From assembly GCA_965261595.1 (NCBI GenBank), contig CBDHDG010000007.1:544001-608000 (forward strand): DNA of 64,000 bases. The letters run 5' to 3'. This DNA is from a bacterium (GTDB taxonomy: Bacteria > UBA8248 > JACPRG01 > G963555815). The position numbers and the translations under genes were made by a program. Each line of letters opens with the position of its first letter. The first letter of the stretch is position 1. This document shows, piece by piece, positions 20,578 to 30,994 of this stretch. The notes under the pieces were generated by a model. That model ran no database searches. It was not told the origin of the DNA and worked only from the letters and a program-made list of their open reading frames with translations.

Positions 20578-21411
20578 TCACCGTTTCAGAAGCGTTCTCA
20601 CATCCAGCCGCAGCCGGGCCAGCGACTCCGCGTCGTCACTGTGGTAGTAGCCGCGGATCACCGCGCTTCGATCCACGAGGACGAACCGGGAGCTGTGCGT
20701 GTACTTGGAGCTGATAGCGGCGGGGTGGTGCGCCCAGGCCGCTCGCGCCTCGAAGATCCGGAAGATCCTCCCCAACCACCGGGTCGCGGCCCCGATGTCC
20801 GGCCCGGCGTGAGGGCGATCCGCCCTCCCCCCTCTCTCTCCCCCCCGTTCATCGCCGGGTCGCGGGGCCGGGATCGTTTTCCCCCGGGGTTTTTCCGAAA
20901 CGGCGACGCTCAGACGGAATCCATTCCGCACGAGGTCATGGATCGCTTTCCGATCCCCTGTGATGAAGAGCCACCGCTTCCCATCCGCGCCGAAGCGGTC
21001 GGCGTACTCGCGCAGCGACGCCTGCGTGTCCCGCTGCGGATCGATCGTGATGGAGACAAGCCGGAAATCCTTTTCGCCGGCGAAATCCGCTTGAAGACGG
21101 GCCATTTCAGCCGATTGCAGGGGACAGGTGTCTTCGCACCGCGCGTAGAAAAAGTCGGCCACCCAGACCTTCCGCAGAAGGGTCGCGCGCGTCACCTTCC
21201 CGCCGGACCGCTCGGTGAGCGAGAAGTCGGGAACCGTTGAATATGCGGGAATTTCGCGTCCTCCCCGGCCCCGCAGGGAAGACAGCAGCCCGCCCCCAAC
21301 GATTCCCGCCAATATGAGCGCCAAACCTCCCCATAAAGCCGTCTGGACAAGTTTCCCCCAACGGCCCGCCGGTTTCGCTTCAACGCCCTCTGATTCGTTT
21401 TGCGCTTTCAT
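20578..21411 (-). CDS. SCO family copper chaperone with long loop insertion
   Basis: N-terminal TM, CEDTCP (CxxxC), DPQRDT, HSSRFVLVD motifs. Confidence 0.88.
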   Translation of the reverse strand: MKAQNESEGVEAKPAGRWGKLVQTALWGGLALILAGIVGGGLLSSLRGRGGREIPAYSTVPDFSLTERSGGKVTRATLLRKVWVADFFYARCEDTCPLQSAEMARLQADFAGEKDFRLVSITIDPQRDTQASLREYADRFGADGKRWLFITGDRKAIHDLVRNGFRLSVAVSEKPRGKTIPAPRPGDERGGERGGRADRPHAGPDIGAATRWLGRIFRIFEARAAWAHHPAAISSKYTHSSRFVLVDRSAVIRGYYHSDDAESLARLRLDVRTLLKR

Positions 21412-21658
21412 GGATTGGCTTGCCCCGGCGACGGGACCATGGGTCCCCGAGGACCATCAAACATTCCCCGGTTTCTAACGTCCCATCGAAGCTGAGGGCG
21501 GGCATTTGGGTCGGTTGACCCTTTGCCCGGCCGGAATTGACAATCCGGGTCTCGATCCATACGGCCGTTATCAAGACGCTACATTAACGGGAAAACAATT
21601 CTCAGGGCAAGATAAACCGGCGGGAAACGGACGAAAACGCCCGGCGGAATCCGGGTTT

Positions 21659-22330
21659 CTATCTTTGAAGCGCGGAATGAGACCCCCCCGGTGAAGCCGC
21701 CCGGGAGACATCGAGCAAATTTTCCAAAATTCTCCGCCCGTTCTCCCCGTCCCAATCCTTCGGACCGATTCCCTTGCCGATCATCTCCCCGTTCCGTCCG
21801 ATGATGAACGCGGTCGGAATGAGCGTGACGCCGTAGCGGTCCATCACCTTTTGATTCGGGTCGAGCGGAACAGGGAACGTCAAGCCGAGTTTTTTCAACA
21901 GCGGCAGGACCGACTTTTCACCCCCCGCGTCGATGGAAACGGCGATGACCGCGAGGTCCCGGTCCTTGTAGCGCTCGTGGATCTTCTCCAACGTCGGCAT
22001 TTCCATCCGGCAGGACGGGCACCAGGACGCCCAGAAACTCAGGATCACCACCTTCCCGCGGAAATCGCCGAGGCGGACGGTTTTCCCATCGATCCCGGGA
22101 AGCGAGAAATCCCAAGCCCGCCTTCCATCCAGCGGCTGGAGGCCGAGACTCATGGCGTCCAGGAAGTTGATCGAGGCGGGCCGGGGGGGGGGGGGGAGAG
22201 GGTGTCCCTTCGAGACCGGCTCTTTGGCCGCGGCCGGCCCCAGCCAGAGCAACCCGCCCAGGAGCAGCACCACCAGGCCGGTTCGGCCTCGTCCCTGCGC
22301 GCGCCCCCGGCTGGGAAATTGAAACGACAT
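21659..22330 (-). CDS. TlpA/ResA-like thiol-disulfide oxidoreductase
   Basis: Signal/TM segment, FWASWCPSC..EMP motif. Confidence 0.9.
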   Translation of the reverse strand: MSFQFPSRGRAQGRGRTGLVVLLLGGLLWLGPAAAKEPVSKGHPLPPPPRPASINFLDAMSLGLQPLDGRRAWDFSLPGIDGKTVRLGDFRGKVVILSFWASWCPSCRMEMPTLEKIHERYKDRDLAVIAVSIDAGGEKSVLPLLKKLGLTFPVPLDPNQKVMDRYGVTLIPTAFIIGRNGEMIGKGIGPKDWDGENGRRILENLLDVSRAASPGGSHSALQR

Positions 22331-22881
22331 CACAACGCCTTCCCTCGGTTCATGATTCCACGGATCAGCTTCAGGGCGTCCTTTCCGTCCCACTCCCTCG
22401 GACCGACGGCCAGATGGGCGATGCGGCCCTCCCGGTCGATCAGAAAGGTCGTCGGCATGCCGCGGACGCCGAACGCCCTCAAGGCGTCCATGTCGCGGTC
22501 CAGAAGAATGGGATAGGTCAACCCCAGTTTTTTCACAAACGGCGCGACCACCTCTTCGCCCCGGGCGTCGATGCTCACCGCCAGGATCTCGAAGCCTTTT
22601 TCCTTGAGCCTGCCGTAGAGTCTTTCCATGGCGGGCATTTCATGCCGACACGGAAGGCACCAGGTCGCCCAGAAATTGAGAAAGACTACCTTGCCCCGCA
22701 AGGATTTCAGGCTTATGGATTTGCCTTGCAGGGTCGGGATCTCGAGGTCGGGCGCCGGTTTTCCGGCCGTTTGGTGTCCGGCGGATGCGGAATTGGCCCC
22801 CCAGGAGAGCGAAATCAGAAGACCCGCCGCCAGGATGAAACGCCCGCCGCGCCGAGTCCGGAATTTGAGAGGTCTCCGCAT
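22330..22881 (-). CDS. TlpA/ResA-like thiol-disulfide oxidoreductase
   Basis: Signal peptide, NFWATWCLPC..EMP, GMPTTFLID motifs. Confidence 0.9.
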   Translation of the reverse strand: MRRPLKFRTRRGGRFILAAGLLISLSWGANSASAGHQTAGKPAPDLEIPTLQGKSISLKSLRGKVVFLNFWATWCLPCRHEMPAMERLYGRLKEKGFEILAVSIDARGEEVVAPFVKKLGLTYPILLDRDMDALRAFGVRGMPTTFLIDREGRIAHLAVGPREWDGKDALKLIRGIMNRGKAL

Positions 22882-22963
22882 CAGTCGCCGGCTCCCGAGA
22901 TCGCCCCCTGGATTGGGTATAACGGCGCTTTGAAAGAAAAATTCCTCGCCGGGACCGGGGTCC

Positions 22964-25588
22964 TCATTCTTCCGGCTCGTCCTCATCAAAGCCCTCAGGG
23001 TCGATCTCGCCGTCGGGCAGGAGCGGATCCGGCGGCATGGCATCCTCCGCCGGCCCGGGAGGAGAAGGCGGCCCCTTCTCCTTCTCATGCCTTTCCCCAT
23101 CCTCTTCGCCGTCCGCCGGTCCCGCTGGCCGGCCGAATTCGCGGAGCCCCTCGGCCAGGTCCTGGAGCCTTTGGTCGACCCGATCGTGCACCGACCCTTC
23201 CGGGAACATGCCTTCTTCGTCGGGCGCTCCGGCGGCCGTTCCCGTGAGGATCTCGATCCCCTCATCCACATGGGATACGGTATAGATGTGGAACTTCCCC
23301 GCCCTGACGGCTTCGATGACGTCATCCTCGAGCATCAGGTTGGACGCATTCTGCTTCGGGATCATGACGCCTTGATCCCCCGTCAGCCCCCTCTCCTCGC
23401 AAACCCGGAAGAAGCCCTCGATCTTTTCGTTGACCCCGCCGATGGGCTGGATCACCCCGTGCTGGTTGACCGAGCCGGTTACGGCGATGCCCTGCCGGAT
23501 CGGCAGATCCGACAGGCTGGAGAGCAACGCGTACAGCTCGGTGGAGGAGGCGCTGTCTCCATCGACGCCTTCGTAAGACTGCTCGAAGCAAATGCTGGCG
23601 GAAAGCGACATCGGCCGGTCCCCGCCGTATTGGCCGCCCATGTACCCGGACAGAATCAGGATCCCTTTGTCGTGGGTCCGTCCGGACATCTTGGACTCGC
23701 GCTCGATGTTGATGACGCCTTCCTCGCCCATGTAGGTTTGGACGGTGATTCGCGACGGCTTGCCGAATCGGTAATCCCCCAGGTCGTAAACGGCGAGTCC
23801 GTTGACCTGGCCGACCACCTCTCCCGTGGTGTCCACCAGGATGACCTCCCGGGTGATGAGCTCCTGGAGCCGCTCTTCCGTCAGGTTGGCTCGCGACTTC
23901 CGCTCGTCCAGGGCCCGCTGGACGTCCCCTTTGCGGATCGCCTGATTTCCCTGTTCTTTGGACCAATACGTCGATTCGTACATCAGGTCCTGGATCTCGC
24001 TGAGGCGGGTGGAGAGCTTGTCCTGTTCGTCCACGTCCCGGGCCGCGTGCTCGATGATTCTCGCCACCGCGTCCCGGTGGAAGGACGGCAGGCCGTTCTT
24101 CGCGGACTGGCAGGCGATAAAGCCGGCGTACTCCAGCAGGTGGCCGTCCTCCCGGCCCATGCGGACGTCGAAATCGGCCTTCACCTTGAAAAGCTTGCGG
24201 AAGTCCTCATCGACCTGGTGCAGGACGTGATAGACGTAGGGATTGCCGACCATCACGACCTTCAGGTTGGTGGGGATGGGCATGGGCTTCATGCCGCCCA
24301 TTGTAACCCCTCCCATCAACTCGGCCAATTCCTCAATCTGAACCTGGCCCGTCCGGAGGGTCCGCTTCAGGGCGTTCCAGACTCCCGGATTCGTCAGGGC
24401 GTCCATGGCATTGAAGACGAGATACCCCCCGTTCGCCCGGCTGACCGAACCGGCCCTGATCATGCTGGCGTCGGTGATGTAGGTTCCGAAGGACGCCTTC
24501 TTCTCGATGAACCCGAACAGGTTTTGAAAGGTCGGGTTGTTTTCGAACAGGACCGGGGGATGCTCCAGATCGCCGTTGTCCACGAAGACGTTCACCCGGT
24601 AGGGGGCGAACGGATCCTGGACCGGGGGTGTGATGTGCATCTCGTGACCGGCCGGCGCTCCCCCCCCCCCCGCGTTCTCGCCGCCTCCCCCGCCCTCCGC
24701 TTTGACGGCGCTTTCGCCCGGGCTCTCCTGGACGCCTTTTCGGAATTCATCCAAACGCGACAGGATACTCTCCCGCACCTGGTCGAAATGGCTCAGGACC
24801 TCGGGGAATTCAGCGTAGTCCTCGCGCAACGCCTGCATGAGAACGCCGATGACCTGGATTCCGACCTCCCGCTGGAGGGCGCGCGCCCGCTCCCGGATCC
24901 CTTTTTCCAGGCCCCTCATCTTTTTGAAGAAATCGCCGAGATTCTGGTTAAAGGCGAGCCGTTTTTTCTCGATCTCCTCTCTCACTTCGGAGTTCAGCGC
25001 GCTGTATTGCTCGTCGCTCAACGTCTGGCCGTTGATGACGGCCCCCAGAACGAAGCCGCCTTGGGTCACGCGGATCGAGAACCCCTCCTTCTCCGCCTCC
25101 TCTTCAAGCTCGCGGAACAGGGCCTGCTGCTTGGCCTGACTCTCCTCCACCGCCCGGCTCCGCTCCCGCTCATAATCTTCGCCCTCGAAGGCCTTCGGGA
25201 TGTCGGTGAGCAGGTCCTGCAAGAGCTCTTCCATGTTTTGTCCAAGCTTCTTGCCCATACCCGCCGGCAGGGAGAGCGCCGTCGGCCGGTCGGGGCGCCT
25301 GAAATTATGGACATACACCCAATCGTTGGGAACGGGCTTGTCCGCGACCCGGCGCTCGCAGTAATCCATGCTGATAGAGGTCCGGCCCGACCCGGGAATG
25401 CCCGCCACGTAGATGTTGAATCCGGGCCGGTCGATCCCCAAGCCGAAGTCCAGGGCGCGGGCGGCCCGGTCCTGGCCCATGATGCCCGTCAGGGGCTCGC
25501 ACCCTTGTGTTGTCTCGAAGGGGAAAATCTCCGGGTCGCACGTCCATTTCAGGGCTTCGGGCGGGAGATCAAAGTCTTTCCGGCTCAT
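22964..25588 (-). CDS. Lon-like protease (LonC/YcbZ type, AAA_32 plus Lon_C)
   Basis: GQDRA, degenerate Walker A GIPGSGRT, ANGGYL, DGDSAS catalytic Ser, GGVNEKIEG catalytic Lys. Confidence 0.92.
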   Translation of the reverse strand: MSRKDFDLPPEALKWTCDPEIFPFETTQGCEPLTGIMGQDRAARALDFGLGIDRPGFNIYVAGIPGSGRTSISMDYCERRVADKPVPNDWVYVHNFRRPDRPTALSLPAGMGKKLGQNMEELLQDLLTDIPKAFEGEDYERERSRAVEESQAKQQALFRELEEEAEKEGFSIRVTQGGFVLGAVINGQTLSDEQYSALNSEVREEIEKKRLAFNQNLGDFFKKMRGLEKGIRERARALQREVGIQVIGVLMQALREDYAEFPEVLSHFDQVRESILSRLDEFRKGVQESPGESAVKAEGGGGGENAGGGGAPAGHEMHITPPVQDPFAPYRVNVFVDNGDLEHPPVLFENNPTFQNLFGFIEKKASFGTYITDASMIRAGSVSRANGGYLVFNAMDALTNPGVWNALKRTLRTGQVQIEELAELMGGVTMGGMKPMPIPTNLKVVMVGNPYVYHVLHQVDEDFRKLFKVKADFDVRMGREDGHLLEYAGFIACQSAKNGLPSFHRDAVARIIEHAARDVDEQDKLSTRLSEIQDLMYESTYWSKEQGNQAIRKGDVQRALDERKSRANLTEERLQELITREVILVDTTGEVVGQVNGLAVYDLGDYRFGKPSRITVQTYMGEEGVINIERESKMSGRTHDKGILILSGYMGGQYGGDRPMSLSASICFEQSYEGVDGDSASSTELYALLSSLSDLPIRQGIAVTGSVNQHGVIQPIGGVNEKIEGFFRVCEERGLTGDQGVMIPKQNASNLMLEDDVIEAVRAGKFHIYTVSHVDEGIEILTGTAAGAPDEEGMFPEGSVHDRVDQRLQDLAEGLREFGRPAGPADGEEDGERHEKEKGPPSPPGPAEDAMPPDPLLPDGEIDPEGFDEDEPEE

Positions 25589-25886
25589 CGGTGTTCCAAT
25601 CCGTAACGAAGGGGGGGATTGAGAGGCCCTCACGGATCAACGCGCGCCATGAGAACCTGAACGGCTTTGGCACCGCATGAATTGATGGATGAAGGTCTTT
25701 AACGGGATGACGCTGGCGCGCCTCGCCCCTGAAATATGTATCCTACGCCCGGCGAAAACCACTGAACAGGTCCATCCGCCGTCCGCTTCCGCTAGAAATT
25801 CACTTGTGATTTCAAGGGCCGGGACGGCCGGTTCTTTGCTTTTAGGCGGGACGCCTTTCTATAAGCGCCACCCAGGGTTTCCGCCC

Positions 25887-26921
25887 CTACCGGAACGTTT
25901 CCGTCCCGAGCTTCAGGACGTGCATCGTGTCCTCCTCCTCGTGTCCCTTGCGGACGCCGTGGACATCGAGGACGGGGACCACGCCCGCTTCCAGGTACTT
26001 CGTGATCCGCTCCTGAATCACGTCGTCCTTGTATCCCAGGCCGAAGGTCTCGATGAAACCGTCCTCGGCCGCCTCGGCGGCTTCCTCCCGGCGGTTGTCC
26101 CACCAGAGGTTCCGGACCTTTTCCCGCAGCTCCCCCCACTCGGTGTGACCCACGAACCAGTCGAAGGTCTCCGACGCCAGGTGCCAGCAAACGGCCTTTC
26201 GCAGGTTCATCGGGCCGTCCCCCCGGTTCGCGCCGACCGGCTGGTTGGACAAGAGGTGGACCTCGGAGGGGTCGCGGCCCGCGCGCTCGGCGCCGATGGC
26301 GATGTTCTTCTTCACGTCATCGAGGGCCTCCAGGGGGAAATGGGTCATGATGACGCCGTCCGCCATCTCCCCGGCCAGTTGCAGCATCTTCGGGTTGATC
26401 CCGCTGATGTAGATGGGGACCGTGCGGCCTTCCACGCCGAGCCGGAGGCGGAAGTCCCGCTGGATGTGAAAATCGGGGCCTTCATACGTGAGGCGCTCGC
26501 CCCGCAGCAGGGGGCGAATGATCTCCAGCGTCTGGCGGCAGCGCCGGACGGGCTTCTCGAAGGCGATCCCGTGGCCGTGCGTGATGATCTGTGTCCCGCC
26601 GGGGCCGATCCCGAGGATGAACCGCCCGCCCGAAAGCTCATCCAGCGTGAAGGCGCCCATGGCGAGGAGCGTGGGCGTGCGGCTGAAGTAGCTGACGATG
26701 TTCGTCCCGACGCCGATCGTCGAGGACCCCACCATCTGGAGGGTGGCCTGGGCGAAGGCGTCCCGGTCGTTCGTCTCGATGTTCCACGAGCGGTCGTACC
26801 CCAGCTCCTCCGCCTTTCGGGTCATCTCGGTGAAATAGTTCCGGATGCCCGCAGGCTGGCGGGGGACCCTCGGCGTTACGATGTACATGTCCGGCTTGCT
26901 GTAGCGGGGATCTACACTCAC
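25887..26921 (-). CDS. LLM class flavin/F420-dependent oxidoreductase (Mer-like)
   Basis: AEELGYD, LDELSGGRFILGIGPG, PKMLQLAGEMADG motifs. Confidence 0.88.
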   Translation of the reverse strand: MSVDPRYSKPDMYIVTPRVPRQPAGIRNYFTEMTRKAEELGYDRSWNIETNDRDAFAQATLQMVGSSTIGVGTNIVSYFSRTPTLLAMGAFTLDELSGGRFILGIGPGGTQIITHGHGIAFEKPVRRCRQTLEIIRPLLRGERLTYEGPDFHIQRDFRLRLGVEGRTVPIYISGINPKMLQLAGEMADGVIMTHFPLEALDDVKKNIAIGAERAGRDPSEVHLLSNQPVGANRGDGPMNLRKAVCWHLASETFDWFVGHTEWGELREKVRNLWWDNRREEAAEAAEDGFIETFGLGYKDDVIQERITKYLEAGVVPVLDVHGVRKGHEEEDTMHVLKLGTETFR

Positions 26922-26963
26922 GGGTTCGTTCTCCTTGAATGTCTGAACACGGATGACTCCCGG

Positions 26964-28034
26964 TCAATCATCGAGGCCGGGACCGGGGTCGCGGACGAGG
27001 GGCAGCGTGACACAGCGGATCCCGTTCGTCCCCGCCTGAAGCCCGGTCGTGTCGAACTCGATGATTTCGACTTCGGTCACGCGCAGGCGCTTGATGGTCT
27101 CCTTGGCCTGTGCGTCGATGATGATCTTCCCCGGTTCGATGATCATGAAGTTGGCCGGATAAAACTTGTGGTGCTCGTCCTTCGGGACCTCGACGATCCG
27201 GAAGTGCTTCTCCTTCAGCCAGCGGTAGACGCTGTAATCCAGATACCCGGGGTAGACGACCGCCACCCGGAGATCGGCCACGCCGAAGACCATGTCCAGA
27301 TGGAACTCCCCGCCCGCCTCGAAATCATTGATGACGGTCCCGCAGTTGGCAATGGGGGTCTCTTTCACGCCGCTGCGCTCGAACACCGAGAGGACCTGGG
27401 CCAGGCCGTCCTCATTGGACGAACAGGACCGGTAGCCCATGATCACGTCTTCGGCCACCGGAACGAAAACACCCACTTCGCAGATCCCGTGGCCGTGGAT
27501 CGTGTGGAGGATCGGGCAATTGATCTCGGCGAAGAATTTCGTGAAGTTGACCTCCAGCCCCCGGATGTAGGAAGCGTGCCCCTGGCGGGAGACGATGGCG
27601 CCACCCTTGATCACAAGTGGGAAGGCCGCCATGAACAGCTTCCGCATGGGCCCGTAGGCCCCCCAACTATGGGGCGCCTTCATCCAGCGGACCTTGACGC
27701 CCAGGCTCTCGAGGAGCTTGGCATAGTCCTCGAACCCGCGCTGAAGCCGCTCGAGGTCGATGCGGACCCGGCGGAGGAAGAAGAAGTTGCGGTCCTTTTC
27801 CCACAGGGGATCCACCTCGTGCTCGGTCGGCCAGATGAGAGCGACCTCCCGCAGCCTGCCGATCCCCTGTCCGCCCCCCCAACGGGAGCCCCAGATGTTT
27901 TCCACCTCGTCGAGGAAACTGTATTGCTCGAGAACCTCGACCCGGGGCGGCACGCCCGGCTCGAAATCCGGATAGTTGGTCAGCGGGTAGTCCTTGATGG
28001 GACCCTCCCATCCCTGCGGAGAAGTCTCTGCCAT
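26964..28034 (-). CDS. Amidinotransferase/DDAH (pentein) family protein
   Basis: GRLREV, FHLDM, GIRCVTLPL.R motifs. Confidence 0.85.
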   Translation of the reverse strand: MAETSPQGWEGPIKDYPLTNYPDFEPGVPPRVEVLEQYSFLDEVENIWGSRWGGGQGIGRLREVALIWPTEHEVDPLWEKDRNFFFLRRVRIDLERLQRGFEDYAKLLESLGVKVRWMKAPHSWGAYGPMRKLFMAAFPLVIKGGAIVSRQGHASYIRGLEVNFTKFFAEINCPILHTIHGHGICEVGVFVPVAEDVIMGYRSCSSNEDGLAQVLSVFERSGVKETPIANCGTVINDFEAGGEFHLDMVFGVADLRVAVVYPGYLDYSVYRWLKEKHFRIVEVPKDEHHKFYPANFMIIEPGKIIIDAQAKETIKRLRVTEVEIIEFDTTGLQAGTNGIRCVTLPLVRDPGPGLDD

Positions 28035-28190
28035 CTTCGCTTCCTCCCTTCTCAGTCGCCCATGAGGCGCACCGGCCACGGAGCGGTCCAACGCCGTCCC
28101 GTGCGATGCGGCCTTTCTTTTCATCAGGGGTGTCGAATTCAACACGGAACCGCCGAAGCGGGCGCAAAGCGCGTCCTTCCGCGCCGGCGC

Positions 28191-29411
28191 TCAGCCGCTG
28201 ATGGCCGAGAACAGCGTGCTTTCGCGCGTATTGTACGTCGCCTCCCGGCCGTCGACGCTCACCTCTACGTCGGAGAAGGTGGTGTTCCTCGCCCTGAGGG
28301 CGATCACCTCCCCGTCCACCATGATCATCCGGATCGCAGGCACGTCCCCGAACTCGATGCACCCGAGGCCGTCGCTCGCGTAGCAGTCCAGGGGCGCGTC
28401 GATGGCGATCAGGTCCGCGTCCCGGCCGACTTCCACCTTGCCGGTGTTCAGCCGGTAGGCGTCGGCGACGGAGCCGGTGGCCATGGCGAGGACTTTTTCG
28501 GCGGGGATCTCGCACATGGACGAGACGAACTGGACGGTCCGGATTATCCCCAGGGGCATGATCCCCGCCCCCACCGGGCTGTCCGTTCCGATCAGCACGC
28601 GGTGGAGCTGGTCCCGCTCCTTCATCAGCAGGACGAAGTCGTACATCGTCCGGTAGTTGCCGTTGCAGATCACTTCGAGATAGGCCTTCGTTCCGTCGAT
28701 GAGCCGTTCGGCCTCGTGGACGGGGGCCGAGGTCGGCCCGCCGTTGATGTGGACCACCACGTCCGGCTGAAGGGCCAGCACCTCATCGGCGTAGAGCCGG
28801 GCCGAGCCGGGAACGGACCGGCCGGCGAAATGCATGGGGACGATCATCCCGACCTCCCGCGCCCAATCCACGTATTCCTTGACGTCGTCGTATTCGAACA
28901 GGCCCGTCCCGCCGATCTCCGCCACGACGCCGACCCCCTCGCGGGCCAGCTCCTCGAAGTCGGCCTTCGTCAGCCCCTTCTCCAGGAAGACGGTCCCGCC
29001 GTGGACCTTCAGCCCGCCTCCCGGCCGGTAGTTCCGGCCCGTCTTGGCCCCGAGGATGGCCAGGGCCTTCACCCCCGCCGGGTCCGACGGACGGCCCTGG
29101 ATGGTCGAGGCGCCCATCGAAACGATGGTCGTCACCCCGCCGTGGAGCGCGCCATCCATCCACCCGATGACGTTGTGGCGCGGATGCCAATCCCCGATGA
29201 CCGGGTGGGTGTGGGCGTCGATGAGGCCCGGCGAGAGGATCAGCCCCTTCACGTCCACGACGTGGTCCACGCCGGTGATGTCCATGTCCGCCTGTTTGCC
29301 GATCTCCGCGATCTTTCCGTCCCGGATCAGAACGGTGTCGGCGTCCAGCAAACCCGTCCGATAATCGCCGGAGACGAGCTTTCCGATGTTGACGATTGCG
29401 GTTGAAGCCAT
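28191..29411 (-). CDS. Enamidase-like amidohydrolase (paralog 1)
   Basis: NIGKLVSGD N-terminus, PGLIDAHTHP..GDWHPR, AEIG, MHFAG, HINGGPTS, GTDSP. Confidence 0.88.
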   Translation of the reverse strand: MASTAIVNIGKLVSGDYRTGLLDADTVLIRDGKIAEIGKQADMDITGVDHVVDVKGLILSPGLIDAHTHPVIGDWHPRHNVIGWMDGALHGGVTTIVSMGASTIQGRPSDPAGVKALAILGAKTGRNYRPGGGLKVHGGTVFLEKGLTKADFEELAREGVGVVAEIGGTGLFEYDDVKEYVDWAREVGMIVPMHFAGRSVPGSARLYADEVLALQPDVVVHINGGPTSAPVHEAERLIDGTKAYLEVICNGNYRTMYDFVLLMKERDQLHRVLIGTDSPVGAGIMPLGIIRTVQFVSSMCEIPAEKVLAMATGSVADAYRLNTGKVEVGRDADLIAIDAPLDCYASDGLGCIEFGDVPAIRMIMVDGEVIALRARNTTFSDVEVSVDGREATYNTRESTLFSAISG

Positions 29412-29544
29412 CTGGCGACCTCCCCTTGTTCGATAACCACGTTGATAGCGAGAAGGAAAGTATACATTTTTCAAGAAGTCGAAGTCATTTTCACGCAACC
29501 CGCGCCGATCAAAAAACTTCCCGGACGCCCCCCCCTCCCCGACT

Positions 29545-30753
29545 TCACCGAAACATGATCGCCTCGCGCGAGCCGAGCTTCGCCTCCTTTCCGTCCACGC
29601 TGATTCGCCGGTCGGTGAGCGTCGTGTTCCTCGCCCGGTGGGCGATGACCTCGCCGTCCACCATGATCATCGCGACCGCCGGGACGTCGCCGAACCCGAT
29701 CGCCCCGAGGGCGTCCGGGGCGTGGCAGTCCCAGGGGGCGTCCAAGGCCAGCAAGTCGGCCTCCCGGCCGATCTCGACCTTCCCGGTGTTCAGCCGGTAG
29801 GCGTCGGCGACGGCGCCGCTCGCCATGGCGAGAGCGGTTTCGGCGGGAACCCCGCACAAGGAGGAGACAAACAGGACCGTCCTCATCATCCCCAGTGGGA
29901 CGACTCCGGCGCCCACCGGACTGTCGGTGCCGATCAGAACCCGGTGCAGGAGGTCCCGCTCTTTCATGAGCATGATGAAATCGTACATGGTCTTGAAGTT
30001 GCCGGTGTAGATCACCTCCAGATACGCCGATGTGGCGTCGATCAGGCGCTCGGCCTCCTCGGCCGGGGCCGAGGTCGGGCCGCCGTTGATGTGAACAACG
30101 ACATCGGGGTCGATCTCAGCCGCCTCGTCCGCGTAGATCCTCGCCGAGCCCGGAACGGATCGGCCCCCGAAATGCAACGGGACCACCATCCCCGCCTCCC
30201 GGGCCCAATCCAGGTATTGTCCGAGCTCCTCGGGCCGGTTGAGCCCGGCCGCCCCGACCTCCGCGACGACCTTGACGCCCTCCCGGGCCATTTCCTCGAA
30301 ATCGGCTTTCTCCAGGCCCTTTTCCAGGATAATGGCCCCCCCATGAAACTTCAGCCCGCCTCCGGGACGATAGTTTTTCCCCACCTTGGCCCCGAGGATC
30401 GCCAGCGACTTGACGCCCGCCGGGTCGGACGGACGGCCCTGGACCATCCCCGAGCCCATGGAGACCATCGTCGTCACGCCGCCGTGAAAGGCGCCCTCCA
30501 TCCAGCCGAGGACGTTCTGGCGGGGGTGCCAGTCTCCGATGACCGGATGGGTGTGGGCGTCGATCAGGCCGGGGGCCACGGTCATCCCCTTCACGTCCAC
30601 CACGTGGTCCGTCTCCGGGACGCCCATGTCCGCCCGCCTGCCGAACGCGTCGATCAGGCCGTCGCGGATGAGGATGGTGTCGGCGTCCAGAAGACCCAGG
30701 CGGCAGTCCCCGGAAACGAGCTTTCCGATGTTGACGATGGCGGTTGCCGTCAT
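29545..30753 (-). CDS. Enamidase-like amidohydrolase (paralog 2)
   Basis: Same motifs as paralog 1; GAGGAG RBS. Confidence 0.88.
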   Translation of the reverse strand: MTATAIVNIGKLVSGDCRLGLLDADTILIRDGLIDAFGRRADMGVPETDHVVDVKGMTVAPGLIDAHTHPVIGDWHPRQNVLGWMEGAFHGGVTTMVSMGSGMVQGRPSDPAGVKSLAILGAKVGKNYRPGGGLKFHGGAIILEKGLEKADFEEMAREGVKVVAEVGAAGLNRPEELGQYLDWAREAGMVVPLHFGGRSVPGSARIYADEAAEIDPDVVVHINGGPTSAPAEEAERLIDATSAYLEVIYTGNFKTMYDFIMLMKERDLLHRVLIGTDSPVGAGVVPLGMMRTVLFVSSLCGVPAETALAMASGAVADAYRLNTGKVEIGREADLLALDAPWDCHAPDALGAIGFGDVPAVAMIMVDGEVIAHRARNTTLTDRRISVDGKEAKLGSREAIMFR

Positions 30754-30806
30754 GCGGTGCACTCCTCCTCAACGCCGGGCCGCTGAGCCCGGGTCCTTGG
30801 CTGGGG

Positions 30807-30836
30807 TTGACAATGAATCGGCGGCTCCATTAGCAT
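30807..30836 (+). promoter_or_regulatory. Putative sigma70 promoter for the Mo-hydroxylase operon
   Basis: TTGACA-N18-TAGCAT in the divergent intergenic region. Confidence 0.45.
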
Positions 30837-30994
30837 ACACTGTGTTGCGAACCAAAAAAACCCGTCCCCGGAAGGCGTGTTGGCGGATTTCTGGACATCC
30901 ACGCCGTTGCGCGTCACAGAAAGGGATGGGGCGTCCGCACGGCGGGTGAAACACGCCCTTCCTCATGCCGTTCGACAGAAGGCGGAGAAGCTCC

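Noticed and set aside
23087..25606. 839-aa plus-strand ORF, and similar long antisense ORFs such as 32510-34741 and 59214-60494
   Set aside because: Shadows of well-supported genes on the opposite strand
25689..29405. 1238-aa plus-strand ORF
   Set aside because: Antisense shadow of three minus-strand genes that happen to share one frame in high-GC DNA; no recognisable motifs
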